This document shows positions 49,034 to 59,637 of a DNA stretch of 64,000 bases, in pieces. The position numbers and the translations under genes are program-made. The notes beneath the pieces are model-generated. The model saw nothing but the letters and a program-made list of their open reading frames with translations, was not told where the DNA came from and searched no databases. This DNA comes from Pseudomonadales bacterium. Lineage in GTDB: Bacteria > Pseudomonadota > Gammaproteobacteria > Pseudomonadales > Azotimanducaceae. The stretch covers positions 77,899-141,898 of the forward strand of contig CBDATJ010000002.1 in the NCBI GenBank assembly GCA_965199895.1. Reading direction: 5' to 3'. Numbering within the stretch: position 1 is the first letter of the stretch; each line of letters begins with the position of its first letter.

Positions 49034-49752
49034 GCAAGGTCTTTATTTCAGACCTACACATTGCTGAATTTCATACCCGCCGGCAAATGACCACGCTAAA
49101 GCGTGTCCTAAAGGCCGCGATCCAGGAAGAATCTGAGGTCTACATTTTGGGTGACCTCATGGAAATCTGGATCGGTGACGACGACGATAGTGCCCTCGCA
49201 TCAGAAATGAAGACTGTGCTCCGAGATTGCTCCAAACACACCCCACTCTATTTCATGCACGGCAACAGAGATTTTCTGCTCGGAGAGACTTTTGCCAATG
49301 AAGTCAATATGACCATTCTTGAAGATCCAACAGTGATCGAAATTAACGGAATCCGTACGTTATTGTCACACGGTGACAAATACTGCACAAGCGATATCGA
49401 ATACATGGAAATGCGCAAGATGTTCCGAGAAGAAAGTTGGCAGAAAAAGTTTCTAGCACAAGATTTGCAAACTCGACGGAACTTCGCAAACATTGTTCGA
49501 CAACAAAGCACAGCAGCAACCCAAACTAAAGACTATGAGATCACTGACGTAGTAGTGTCAACGTTAGTTGAGGATATGACAGACCATGACTGTGAATTGA
49601 TGATTCACGGACACACCCACAGACCTGGACAGCACCTAATGACTCATGGAAATCTTCGTCGAATAGTACTGGGTGCTTGGCATTACACCGCATGGCAGAT
49701 TCGTACGCAGCCTGAACTAGTTCTGGAGTGCTTACCTTTAGAAGAAGCCTGA
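49030..49752 (+). CDS. lpxH: UDP-2,3-diacylglucosamine diphosphatase
   Basis: Has the calcineurin-like motif series ISDLH, GDL.E.WIGDDD, HGNRDFL, SHGD and HGHTH. It overlaps folD by 4 nt. Confidence 0.85.
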   Translation: MSKVFISDLHIAEFHTRRQMTTLKRVLKAAIQEESEVYILGDLMEIWIGDDDDSALASEMKTVLRDCSKHTPLYFMHGNRDFLLGETFANEVNMTILEDPTVIEINGIRTLLSHGDKYCTSDIEYMEMRKMFREESWQKKFLAQDLQTRRNFANIVRQQSTAATQTKDYEITDVVVSTLVEDMTDHDCELMIHGHTHRPGQHLMTHGNLRRIVLGAWHYTAWQIRTQPELVLECLPLEEA

Positions 49753-49783
49753 GCGTTTAGACTCTCCTTGAGCTTGTTCTGAA

Positions 49784-51283
49784 CTAGTAGGCTTGTAGTC
49801 CTAATTCTCGCTCTCGTGTAACACGAGACTCATCGTTTCTAACAAATGCAAGCTGTGCCAGATATTCTTCGTCGACATCTTCGTTATCGTATTGTCCATT
49901 GAAAATGGAACACTCAAAGCTATCAACCTCTGGATTGCCTTCCTTCGCAGCATCAACCAAATCTTCAATCTCCTGATAGACAAGCATGTCTGCACCGATA
50001 ATCTTTGCGATTTGCTCTTCGGTACGGTTGTAGGCGATAAATTCCTGACTCGTAGCCATATCAATCCCGTAGACATTCGGAAATCTAATTGCCGGTGCTG
50101 CTGAAGCAACATATACTTTCTTAGCACCAGCAGCTCTCGCCTGTCTGATGATCTCAGAAATCGTTGTCCCTCGGACTATTGAATCTTCGATCAACAAAAC
50201 ATTTTTGTCTTTAAATTCAAGATCGATAGCATTTAATTTTCGACGGACAGATTTACGTCGCAACGACTGCGCTGGCATGATGAATGTTCGACCCACATAG
50301 CGATTTTTGACAAATCCTTCTCTCAACTTCACATCAAGTCTATGAGCGACAGGAATTGCTGCGGTCCTACTGGTTTCTGGAATAGGGATCACGACATCTA
50401 TGTCGTGCATTAGTCCATTCATGTGGTTCAGCAGCTTCTGCGCAAGCTTTTCCCCCATACGAAGTCGTGCTTTGTAGACTGAAATATTGTCGATGACTGA
50501 ATCAGGTCTTGCGAGATAGACGTGCTCAAAAATACAAGGGGTGAGTTTTGATTCATTTGAGCACATTTGAGAGTGAAACTTCCCTTGAGAATCGATAAAA
50601 ACAGCTTCACCCGGGAGAACATCTCGAAGAATCTCATAACCTAACACTGACAGAGCAGCAGATTCACTCGCAATGATGTACTCGTCGGTAACCCCTTTGC
50701 GCACTCCAACAATTAAAGGTCGAATACCACGAATGTCCCTAAATCCAACTATCCCAAATCCAACGATGAGTGAAACAACGGAATATGCACCACGGCACAC
50801 TCTGTTGACTCGTTCAACTGCGTGGAATACGTGCTCTGGTTCCACGTTCCGAAACTGATCGCTGTCGAGTTCGTTAGCAAAGACATTGAGAAGGATTTCT
50901 GAATCAGAGGACGTGTTAATGTGGCGACCAATGTTACGAAAATATCCTCGTCTCAGCTCTTCAACATTAGTTAGATTCCCGTTGTGAGCTAAGCAGATCC
51001 CGTGAGGGGAATTTACATAAAGTGGTTGAGCTTCGTTAAAGCTAAGGGTACCCGCCGTGGGATAACGCACATGGCCAATACCCATATTCCCATGCAACTC
51101 ATGAATAGCCTTTTCATCAAAGACTTCACTGACTAATCCGTTTTGTTTGTGAGAGTAGCATCGTGTGCCGTCTGCCGTGACGATACCTGCTGAGTCTTGT
51201 CCACGGTGTTGCAGAACCAATAGAGCATCATGGAGCTCATGGCTGACACGATCTCCGCTGATGATCCCTACTATGCCGCACAT
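49784..51283 (-). CDS. purF: amidophosphoribosyltransferase
   Basis: Has the MCGIVGI N-terminal nucleophile and the PRT motif LLIEDSIVRGTT. Confidence 0.95.
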   Translation of the reverse strand: MCGIVGIISGDRVSHELHDALLVLQHRGQDSAGIVTADGTRCYSHKQNGLVSEVFDEKAIHELHGNMGIGHVRYPTAGTLSFNEAQPLYVNSPHGICLAHNGNLTNVEELRRGYFRNIGRHINTSSDSEILLNVFANELDSDQFRNVEPEHVFHAVERVNRVCRGAYSVVSLIVGFGIVGFRDIRGIRPLIVGVRKGVTDEYIIASESAALSVLGYEILRDVLPGEAVFIDSQGKFHSQMCSNESKLTPCIFEHVYLARPDSVIDNISVYKARLRMGEKLAQKLLNHMNGLMHDIDVVIPIPETSRTAAIPVAHRLDVKLREGFVKNRYVGRTFIMPAQSLRRKSVRRKLNAIDLEFKDKNVLLIEDSIVRGTTISEIIRQARAAGAKKVYVASAAPAIRFPNVYGIDMATSQEFIAYNRTEEQIAKIIGADMLVYQEIEDLVDAAKEGNPEVDSFECSIFNGQYDNEDVDEEYLAQLAFVRNDESRVTRERELGLQAY

Positions 51284-51332
51284 ATAGCAGTCATATTCAG
51301 TAGTTTCGAAGGTACCGGTTCACTGGAGAGGT

Positions 51333-51866
51333 TCAGAAGTTTTGAAGAAGAACTGACCCTGTTTCAGGTAATTCAATGGAACCAAATACAGAGTCGAGGA
51401 TATCTTGGATAAAAACCTCAAATTTCATCAAAAATTCAAGAAGTATTGAATTTTTCCAAATCTCATCGGGGATGGTGGTCAGATCCAAAATTATACCAAC
51501 AGCGATCACCATGAATGCGCCTGCAATAAAACCCAAGAGCATCCCTAGAAAGCGATCTAGTGAGCCCAAACCAATGTCTTCAATAAACTTTTTGAGGTAA
51601 GTTTGGAGCAACGCTCCGCCTAGTAGTACCAAGACCAAGACGATAGCAAATCCTGTTACATCGGGCAACCACTCAAGCGAAAAATCTGCAGGGAAGATAG
51701 TTTGTCCGATACTCTTGTAAAACATCAGCCCGAGGACAATTGCAAAGATCCAAGAAAATACGAAAATCAGTGATTGAACGAAACCGCTTGATCTCCCAAT
51801 CAACATCGACAGCACCAGTACGGCGACGATGACAATGTCAATGATTCCGATGTCAAAAGGTGACAT
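51333..51866 (-). CDS. cvpA: colicin V production protein CvpA
   Basis: 177-aa four-TM protein in the conserved position upstream of purF. Confidence 0.8.
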   Translation of the reverse strand: MSPFDIGIIDIVIVAVLVLSMLIGRSSGFVQSLIFVFSWIFAIVLGLMFYKSIGQTIFPADFSLEWLPDVTGFAIVLVLVLLGGALLQTYLKKFIEDIGLGSLDRFLGMLLGFIAGAFMVIAVGIILDLTTIPDEIWKNSILLEFLMKFEVFIQDILDSVFGSIELPETGSVLLQNF

Positions 51867-51871
51867 CGGAC

Positions 51872-52417
51872 TTAGTATTCAATAGCAACAATCATTGGTT
51901 CTAACTCCAATGCTTCACCCAGAGACTTCTGAAATTTAACTGCTTCTTCTCGTCGAGTAAAAGGACCAACCGCAACACGATGAACATCCATTTCATTCAC
52001 GTGCGCCATCGAGATCCAAGCATCTGAACCCTGTTCTTTCATTAGAGCAATCAGATTGTTCGCCGCTTCTTCGCTTTGGTAACTTGCTAACTGAACTGCC
52101 CACGCCGAAGTATCTTCACGCTCCGGTGTGAGTTTGGGTTCGCCGATATTGGTATCCGTATCAGGAGACAACCCCTGATCGTTGACCAGTGTTTCCATTT
52201 CTGCCCGAACTTCTTCGAGTTGAAGCTCTAAGTCCGGTGGTGTTGGTTCAGGAATCTCTATGGAATTTTCTGAGACTTCCTCCACTTGAGGAGCACCAAC
52301 TTCAGAAATCTCAGTATCGATGACCACTGAACGATCAAACATCATTGGAACAAAGATGACGAGAAGCGATACCAGAAGTATGCTCCCAAGAATGATGTTC
52401 CGTGTTTTGGCATTCAT
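51872..52417 (-). CDS. dedD: SPOR-domain cell division protein (DedD-like)
   Basis: Has an N-terminal TM helix, an acidic linker and a C-terminal SPOR-like domain (WAVQLASY...A..L). It sits in the folC-dedD-cvpA-purF context. Confidence 0.7.
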   Translation of the reverse strand: MNAKTRNIILGSILLVSLLVIFVPMMFDRSVVIDTEISEVGAPQVEEVSENSIEIPEPTPPDLELQLEEVRAEMETLVNDQGLSPDTDTNIGEPKLTPEREDTSAWAVQLASYQSEEAANNLIALMKEQGSDAWISMAHVNEMDVHRVAVGPFTRREEAVKFQKSLGEALELEPMIVAIEY

Positions 52418-52433
52418 TTGCGTTACTACCCCT

Positions 52434-53672
52434 TCAGATTGATTTCAGTAGTTTGCGTAACCGAGCAACCAAATCGAATGAACCCAGTGCAAGCACTAAA
52501 TCCTGTGAGGAAGTCATCCCAATCATGACTTCGACTGCGTCCTGCAAGTCTTTTTCAATGCTATATGTTATTCCACTAGAGTTTTCTACCCAGTTTGAAC
52601 CACGAAAACCGTGAGTTTCAGTGAGGAGAACTCGGTGTGGTGGTACTACAAACTCCTCAACTAGCGCTATAGGATTCCGGTCCTTCAGTGTGCCTACCAA
52701 AATATGAGTCACTTTTCTCTCTAGGATGGACTCTATCTGCTTTTTTAAGTACTGGGCAGCGTGTTTGTTGTGGGCTACATCTAGTAACCAAGTTCTGTTT
52801 TGATAATGAAGTAATTCCATTCGACCGGGAAAAGGAACATCAACTAAGCTATTGAGCTGCAGTTGAGTCAGATCTTCACCCAACAAATCTGTAGCCAGAA
52901 CCGCGATGCTCGCAGCTTCTGGGTTACGTGGAGTTTTCGAAAATCGATAGTGTTTCCATTCTTGTCCCAATTTGTGAGAAGTAGACCACGCTCCATCTTC
53001 TTCAGTCTCAAAACGAAAAGACTCTCCCAAAATATGTAATGGACAGTTCAAAACTTTAGTTCTATTCACAATGGAGCGAACCAAAGATTTTTCACCTGTG
53101 ATTAGAGGAATATTGGGTCGGGCAATTCCAACTTTCTCCCATCCGATAGACTCTATGTCTGTCCCTAAAAACTGTGTGTGTTCTAAGCCGATATTGGTGA
53201 TTACATTGAGATCTCGTTTCACCACATTCGCGGAATCAAGACGACCTCCCATACCTACTTCAAGAACCACACGTTCAACTCCATGCTGACAAAATATCAC
53301 TAACGCTGCTAAAGTTGCATAGTCGTGCCAACTGAGCTCAATCCGTCCACTCGCTCTCTGAATTTCGTTGAATGCACAGACCAATTCGTAGTCCGACACC
53401 TCCTCCCCGTTGACACGTATTCTTTCGTTGTAGCAATGTAAGTGAGGTGATAAAGTAGATCCTACGATTTTTCTACTATCTATTAGTAATTGTTCAATAT
53501 AACGTACGGTAGTACCTTTACCATTAGTTCCCGCAACTACTACCGTTTTCTCTGCAACATCAACTACATCCAGTGATTGAGCAACTTCCAAGACTCCCAA
53601 CCAGCTAGCATCATAACGGGGACGTTTCTTGGTTTCAAGTAGATTTAACCAATCCTGGAACGATTTCATCAT
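52434..53672 (-). CDS. folC: dihydrofolate synthase / folylpolyglutamate synthase
   Basis: 412 aa with a Mur-ligase P-loop (VAGTNGKGTT) in the folC context. Confidence 0.85.
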   Translation of the reverse strand: MMKSFQDWLNLLETKKRPRYDASWLGVLEVAQSLDVVDVAEKTVVVAGTNGKGTTVRYIEQLLIDSRKIVGSTLSPHLHCYNERIRVNGEEVSDYELVCAFNEIQRASGRIELSWHDYATLAALVIFCQHGVERVVLEVGMGGRLDSANVVKRDLNVITNIGLEHTQFLGTDIESIGWEKVGIARPNIPLITGEKSLVRSIVNRTKVLNCPLHILGESFRFETEEDGAWSTSHKLGQEWKHYRFSKTPRNPEAASIAVLATDLLGEDLTQLQLNSLVDVPFPGRMELLHYQNRTWLLDVAHNKHAAQYLKKQIESILERKVTHILVGTLKDRNPIALVEEFVVPPHRVLLTETHGFRGSNWVENSSGITYSIEKDLQDAVEVMIGMTSSQDLVLALGSFDLVARLRKLLKSI

Positions 53673-53756
53673 CTTGTTGGTTTTAATTTCACAAACCGTT
53701 CACACCCACGATAGTGTTGGTTTCCGATATCCATCTCACAATATTTCACTAGCAAT

Positions 53757-54605
53757 TCAATCAGTTCTCGGATGTGAAATCCTGATTGCTTCAAAATCTT
53801 CTGCTAGAAACGTGGGAATTGAACACTGCGACCCCATAATTGGGGGAAGTCTCATCAGACTCAACTCTGGATGTTGCTCATAGGCGATTTGAACCAAGTA
53901 CAGTCCTTGTGGTGGTGCTGTGGGTGGTGCATGGGTACGATCTTGGAGCTTTAGCAAATGCTTCAAACCTGGTGACACATCTTCACTACACACTATCAAA
54001 GCACCAACTATATTGCGCACCATCCTCAAAAGAAATGCGTTAGCAATGATATCAAATACCACCAAGTGCCCTGCTCGAATCACTTCCGCTCTGTGTACGT
54101 GTCGAACTGGACCTTTTGACTGACATCCTGTTGCTCTGAATGAAGTGAAGTCGTGCTCTCCAACAAGGGTTTGTGCTTGCTCATTCATCACCTTAGTATT
54201 CAGTCTTTCGTGCCGCCAAGTAATCCAATCTCTACCTAATGCAGGTATTTGGTTAGATTCCCCCACCACATAGAGATACCGTCGCCAGCGACAGGTACGT
54301 CTAGGGTCAAAGTCACTGCTGACCTCAACACAGGAATGGACTGAAACATCTTTTGGTAAATATCGATTGGTACCCGCAATCCACTCACGAACAGTCCGGT
54401 TTGCATTTGTCGAAAAACTGATCACTTGATTTGTTGCATGAACACCAGCGTCAGTCCGACTCGCTAATTCAATCCTGATCTGTTCTGCAGCAACTTGGGA
54501 GATACCATTTTCGAGTTCAGCTTGAACTGTTCGAATACCCGATTGAGCCTGAGAACCGTGCAACGAGGTTCCCTGGTATTCAACACCGAGTGCGATATAG
54601 AACAT
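53757..54605 (-). CDS. truA: tRNA pseudouridine(38-40) synthase
   Basis: The start is placed at MFYIALGVEYQGTSLHG. The catalytic motif is RTDAGVHA. The ORF track start 54680 would overlap asd. Confidence 0.85.
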   Translation of the reverse strand: MFYIALGVEYQGTSLHGSQAQSGIRTVQAELENGISQVAAEQIRIELASRTDAGVHATNQVISFSTNANRTVREWIAGTNRYLPKDVSVHSCVEVSSDFDPRRTCRWRRYLYVVGESNQIPALGRDWITWRHERLNTKVMNEQAQTLVGEHDFTSFRATGCQSKGPVRHVHRAEVIRAGHLVVFDIIANAFLLRMVRNIVGALIVCSEDVSPGLKHLLKLQDRTHAPPTAPPQGLYLVQIAYEQHPELSLMRLPPIMGSQCSIPTFLAEDFEAIRISHPRTD

Positions 54606-54639
54606 TGATTGAGCTACCCTATCGTTCGATTGGGTACCT

Positions 54640-55659
54640 TCAGTCCAAATACCGCAGCAAATCCTCAGCGATCTGGACACTATTCAAAGCAGCACCCTTG
54701 CGAACATTGTCTGAAACCACCCACATCGATAGACCATTTGGATGAGAAATATCTTCTCGAATACGTCCTACATATACCGGATCATTGTTGGCAGCGTCCA
54801 ACAATGCTGTCGGGTAACCTTTGGCTTCGCGCTCATCAATTACTTCAATTCCGGGTGCGTTGCGTAGCAATTCGGTCGCGTCTTCAGCTGAAATCTTTTC
54901 TCTTGTTTCGATGTGTACCGCTTCAGAGTGCCCGTAGAACACGGGTATCCGAACACAGGTAGCATTGACAGTCAGATTTTCATCTTCCATGATGCGTTTG
55001 GTTTCTCGTACCATCTTCATCTCTTCTTCGGTGTAACCGTTTTCTTCAAAGTCTCCAATATGAGGTATTGCATTGAAAGCTATCTGCACCGGTGCGACTT
55101 CCGGCTCAACCTCTTTTACATTGAGAACATTAGCGGTTTGCTTCGCTAACTCTTTGATGGCCCTGTTGCCTGCTCCAGAGACTGCTTGATAAGTCGAAAC
55201 ATTAACTCTCTTGACCCCAACAACATCATGGATGGGTTTCAGCACGACGACCATTTGAATGGTTGAGCAGTTGGGATTTGCAATGATTCGAGACTGAATT
55301 CCATCCTGTGTTCGTGCTCCATTGACCTCTGGTACTATCAGTGGAATAGAGAGATCACGACGATAGTGTGATGTATTGTCGATGACGATAGCACCCGCTG
55401 CAACCGCACGACGTACGTATAGTTCTGAAATTTCACCACCAGCGGAAAAGAAACAGATTTTCGTGCCAACAAAGTCGAACTCTTCCAAATTCTTCACCGA
55501 ATGGTAACTATTGTTGAACGAGATTCGTTTCCCGAGAGAGCGCTCACTTGCAAGTAAATTTAGCTCAGCGACCGGAAACTCTCTTTGTTCCAGTATCTCT
55601 GCTATGGTAGTACCTACCGCACCAGTAGCACCTACTATGGCTACATTCACAGGTTTCAA
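54640..55659 (-). CDS. asd: aspartate-semialdehyde dehydrogenase
   Basis: Contains [11 protein letters not shown] and the active-site NPNCSTIQ. The TTG start overlaps the leuB stop as TTGA. Confidence 0.85.
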   Translation of the reverse strand: MKPVNVAIVGATGAVGTTIAEILEQREFPVAELNLLASERSLGKRISFNNSYHSVKNLEEFDFVGTKICFFSAGGEISELYVRRAVAAGAIVIDNTSHYRRDLSIPLIVPEVNGARTQDGIQSRIIANPNCSTIQMVVVLKPIHDVVGVKRVNVSTYQAVSGAGNRAIKELAKQTANVLNVKEVEPEVAPVQIAFNAIPHIGDFEENGYTEEEMKMVRETKRIMEDENLTVNATCVRIPVFYGHSEAVHIETREKISAEDATELLRNAPGIEVIDEREAKGYPTALLDAANNDPVYVGRIREDISHPNGLSMWVVSDNVRKGAALNSVQIAEDLLRYLD

Positions 55660-56759
55660 GAATGTTGTTCCATAATGTCTATGACTGCATCGACCATTTC
55701 AACCGTTCCGACCTGTTGACAAGATTCGTTGTGCTCAATAGGCATGATGTCTCCTGTTCTCAATCCTCTATCGAGCACTGCCCGAACTCCTTCTTCAATC
55801 CTTAACGCTATCTTGGGTTCATCCATGCTGTATCGGAACATCATCGCTACAGACAATATAGTTGCTAGAGGATTCGCTAGATTCTGACCAGCAATATCGG
55901 GTGCTGTTCCGTGCACAGGTTCATACAAACCTCGCCCACTATCCCCTATAGACGCAGACGGAAGCATTCCTAAGGACCCTGTGAGCATGGCTGCTATATC
56001 GGACAATATATCTCCGAACATGTTGCCGGTAACCAATACATCAAACTGCTTTGGGTTTCGCACCAATTGCATGGCTGCATTGTCGACATACATGTGAGAA
56101 AGCTCAACATCGGGATAAGACTCGTGAACTTCTGAAACCACCGTCCTCCATAACTGAGTGACTTCCAGAACATTGGCTTTATCGACTGAGCAAACCCGTC
56201 CGTTTCGATTCTTTGCAAGTTCAAACGCCACGCGAGCAATACGTGCAATCTCTTCCTCGTCATAAACCAGGGTGTTAAACCCCTTGCGTACGTTGTCACG
56301 AACGTGAATACCCCGTGGTTCTCCGAAGTAAATCCCACCGGTCAGTTCACGAATAATCAAGATGTCTAGATCCTGAACCAGTTCTGTGCGTAATGAGGAT
56401 GAACTGAGTAGTGGCTCAAAGGTAACTGCGGGTCTTAAGTTTGCATAGCACTCCATTGCAGACCGGAGGTCCAAGAGCCCTCTCTCGGGTCTTCTATCTG
56501 CTTCAAGATCGTCCCATTGAGGTCCTCCGACGGCACCCAATAGAACGGAAACTACACTTCGAGCTTTCTCTAGAACTTCATCGGTGACCGGCACTCCAAA
56601 ACGATCAATAGAACCACCTCCAATATCTGCATAGCTCAATTGAAGCTGGACAGCGTCTTTAGCCGCATACTCCATTAAACGAATGGCATGAGGCATGATT
56701 TCTGCTCCTATGCCATCGCCAGGGAGTACCAGAATCTCCTGGACAATTTCTTGTGTCAC
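55656..56759 (-). CDS. leuB: 3-isopropylmalate dehydrogenase
   Basis: Contains [18 protein letters not shown] and [15 protein letters not shown]. The GTG at 56759 overlaps the leuD stop as GTGA. The ORF track start is 56777. Confidence 0.9.
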   Translation of the reverse strand: MTQEIVQEILVLPGDGIGAEIMPHAIRLMEYAAKDAVQLQLSYADIGGGSIDRFGVPVTDEVLEKARSVVSVLLGAVGGPQWDDLEADRRPERGLLDLRSAMECYANLRPAVTFEPLLSSSSLRTELVQDLDILIIRELTGGIYFGEPRGIHVRDNVRKGFNTLVYDEEEIARIARVAFELAKNRNGRVCSVDKANVLEVTQLWRTVVSEVHESYPDVELSHMYVDNAAMQLVRNPKQFDVLVTGNMFGDILSDIAAMLTGSLGMLPSASIGDSGRGLYEPVHGTAPDIAGQNLANPLATILSVAMMFRYSMDEPKIALRIEEGVRAVLDRGLRTGDIMPIEHNESCQQVGTVEMVDAVIDIMEQHS

Positions 56760-57394
56760 TTGGGTTGAAACAACCAAGGCATCAATTGATTGTGATTCTC
56801 CTCAAAGGTACGAATCTGTTCTGCACACTTCAATGTCATCGCGATGTTATCGATACCTTCTAGTAGTCGCTTTCGTCGCTTGGGATCAATGAGAAAACGA
56901 GTTGTAAAACCCGAGTCTGACAGGATAACCTGATTTTCTAAATCAACCGTCATTTCCTTGGTTTTACCTTGGTTGACTTCGTCAAACAATAATTCAAGAA
57001 TGTCTTCGTCCACCATAACCAATAACAGTCCATTGTTGGTTGCATTGTTGGAAAAAATGTCAGCAAACGAAGATGAAATCACACATCGAAACCCATACTG
57101 AAGAATTGCCCAAACTGCGTGCTCGCGACTTGAACCACAGCCAAAGTTTCTACGGGTCAATAGGATTGAACCATTGCGATATGAAGGTTGATTGAGCACA
57201 AACTCACGATTTTCCAGCCGATTTTTCTTTCCGATAGTGCCTTCATCGTGATAACGCCACGCATCAAATAGATGCTCTCCAAACCCCGTTCGTCGAATCG
57301 ACTTGAGAAACTGCTTTGGAATGATTTGATCGGTATCGACATTGGCAATATCCATTGGGACCACTATTCCAGTGTGAGAATGAAACGTTTGCAT
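56756..57394 (-). CDS. leuD: 3-isopropylmalate dehydratase small subunit
   Basis: 212 aa. Contains [11 protein letters not shown]. Confidence 0.9.
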   Translation of the reverse strand: MQTFHSHTGIVVPMDIANVDTDQIIPKQFLKSIRRTGFGEHLFDAWRYHDEGTIGKKNRLENREFVLNQPSYRNGSILLTRRNFGCGSSREHAVWAILQYGFRCVISSSFADIFSNNATNNGLLLVMVDEDILELLFDEVNQGKTKEMTVDLENQVILSDSGFTTRFLIDPKRRKRLLEGIDNIAMTLKCAEQIRTFEENHNQLMPWLFQPK

Positions 57395-58806
57395 TACAAG
57401 AACTCCCGAACATCAGCTAGATACCCACGAATGGCACTTGCTGCTGCTGTAGCGGGACTGACTAAATGTGTTCTACCCATGTGTCCTTGCCGACCCTCGA
57501 AATTTCTATTGGAGGTTGAGGCACACCGCTCTCCAGGATAAAGTCGATCATCGTTCATAGCTAAACACATAGAACACCCTGGTTCACGCCATGAAAAACC
57601 TGCGCTTTGAAAAATTTCGTGTAGCCCCTCTTCCTCTGCTTGTTGTTTCACCAATCCCGAACCAGGAACAACATATGCTTCCTTGAGATTTGACGCAATC
57701 TTGTGTCCATTTACCACTTCAGCAACAACTCTGAGATCTTCGATACGAGAGTTGGTACATGAACCGATGAAAATCTTGTCTAGAACAATGTCGCTAGTGT
57801 GCATTCCAGGATTGAGATCCATGTATTCCAGAGCACGGTACGCAGTTTCTTCTCGTCCAGGGTCATCAAAAGTAGCTGGATGAGGTATGACTTCGTCGAT
57901 ACCAATCACCATCTCTGGATTGGTGCCCCAAGAGATTTGTGGTGAGAGGTTAGAAACATCCACAGTTTGATATAGTTGATATTCCGCGCCTTGGTCTGTA
58001 TTCAACGAATACCAGTAATCTACTGCTTGATTCCATAGTGAGCCGGTTGGAGCAAAGGGACGATCTTCCAAATAACTAATCATTTTCTCGTCCACACCGA
58101 TCAATCCTGCCCTTGCACCGGCTTCAATAGACATGTTGCAAAGTGTCATCCGACCTTCAATACTTAATTGCTCAATTGCTGGTCCGCAATACTCAATAGT
58201 GTGACCTGTAGCACCATCAATTCCAATGGCACGAATCATTGCTAAGATTAGGTCTTTAGCAGATATTTGAGAGGGAGGTAGACCAACGAAGTCGACAAGC
58301 ATGTTCCTATTTTTCTGTTGGACCAAACACTGGGTAGCAAGCACATGTTCGACTTCTGAAGTACCGATACCATGAGCAAGAGCACCGAAAGCACCATGAG
58401 TAGATGTGTGTGAATCCCCACAAACGATAGTCATGCCTGGCAAAGTCGCTCCCTGTTCGGGTCCAACGACGTGAACAATGCCTTGTCTTCGATCTTGCCA
58501 ATCGAAGTATTTGATTCGATGATCTTTGCAGTTTTTGTCTAGAGTAAGAACTTGTTCCTTGGCAATTTCATCTTGAATTCCCTGTACCCCTAATTCTCGA
58601 TTGGTTGTAGGAACAGAGTGGTCTACGGTAGCTAAATTGCTCTGGAGTCGCCACGGTTTTCGATCAGCCAGCTTAAGCCCTTCAAACGCTTGAGGTGAGG
58701 TTACCTCATGCAAAAGATGCCGGTCAATATATAAGAGATCCAACCCGTCCTCTCGTTGTCCGACAAGGTGAGACGACCAGATCTTATCGTAAATTGTTTG
58801 GGGCAT
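57394..58806 (-). CDS. leuC: 3-isopropylmalate dehydratase large subunit
   Basis: 470 aa with an aconitase-family pattern (GDSHT, GSCTNSR, C.MCL.MN). Confidence 0.95.
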   Translation of the reverse strand: MPQTIYDKIWSSHLVGQREDGLDLLYIDRHLLHEVTSPQAFEGLKLADRKPWRLQSNLATVDHSVPTTNRELGVQGIQDEIAKEQVLTLDKNCKDHRIKYFDWQDRRQGIVHVVGPEQGATLPGMTIVCGDSHTSTHGAFGALAHGIGTSEVEHVLATQCLVQQKNRNMLVDFVGLPPSQISAKDLILAMIRAIGIDGATGHTIEYCGPAIEQLSIEGRMTLCNMSIEAGARAGLIGVDEKMISYLEDRPFAPTGSLWNQAVDYWYSLNTDQGAEYQLYQTVDVSNLSPQISWGTNPEMVIGIDEVIPHPATFDDPGREETAYRALEYMDLNPGMHTSDIVLDKIFIGSCTNSRIEDLRVVAEVVNGHKIASNLKEAYVVPGSGLVKQQAEEEGLHEIFQSAGFSWREPGCSMCLAMNDDRLYPGERCASTSNRNFEGRQGHMGRTHLVSPATAAASAIRGYLADVREFL

Positions 58807-58952
58807 TAAGTGGAAAGGGTCAACAGGAAGATGGAATGAGACTCGAAATTATAAAAAGGCTCACAGATGGAAACTTCAGTGACATTGAACCAAAATCGAC
58901 CTGCTGAATAAAATGAGAACATCATTGTCGACCAAAAACTATCGTCATATCT

Positions 58953-59471
58953 ATGGCATCAACACTCATCGACGCAACTGTCGGAACCTACCAACAAATA
59001 TTAGGAGCAACCAAGAGTTTTATGGCTATAGGTCGTGCCCATTGCGATACTATTGGTCGCGATGTAGAGGAACTTGTCCAGGCACGTCTTGCAGACGATA
59101 TGTTGGGGTTGTGGTTTCAGATAGTGTCGGTCGCACATCACTCTGTTGGAGCACTACAAGCAGTGGAAGCAGGTGTGTTTGGTCCTCCCAAATCAAAGAG
59201 ATACGACTATGCCGGACTTGAGCAACTAGTAGAAAATACAATCACCGAGCTAAAGAATATTTCCCCAGATCAAATCAATCTGAATGCAGACAAACCGGTT
59301 ACCTTTGAAATGAGTTCTATCACCATCCCGTTTGCTGCTGACGACTTTCTGCTCACGTTTTCGCTTCCGAACTTCTACTTCCATGCGACTACTGCTTACG
59401 ACATCCTAAGAGCGGAGGGAGTCCAACTGGGGAAGCGAGACTTTTTGGGGCATATGCGAATTAAGATGTAG
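58953..59471 (+). CDS. DUF1993 family protein
   Basis: 172 aa. The ending NFYFH.TTAYDILR..GV.LGK.DFLG matches what I remember of DUF1993. Confidence 0.6.
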   Translation: MASTLIDATVGTYQQILGATKSFMAIGRAHCDTIGRDVEELVQARLADDMLGLWFQIVSVAHHSVGALQAVEAGVFGPPKSKRYDYAGLEQLVENTITELKNISPDQINLNADKPVTFEMSSITIPFAADDFLLTFSLPNFYFHATTAYDILRAEGVQLGKRDFLGHMRIKM

Positions 59472-59637
59472 TTCTGTGAGTTTCAGTTCACTCTTTATGT
59501 GAGTTGTTATGAACTACTAGTACTACCTAGATGCAACATAGTTGCGTCTGAATCTCGAGGTTGGTGGGACTGCGGCGGAAACTTGGTGTTCGATGCTAAG
59601 CACATCAATCGAGGCACGACCGATGCACCGCTGTAAG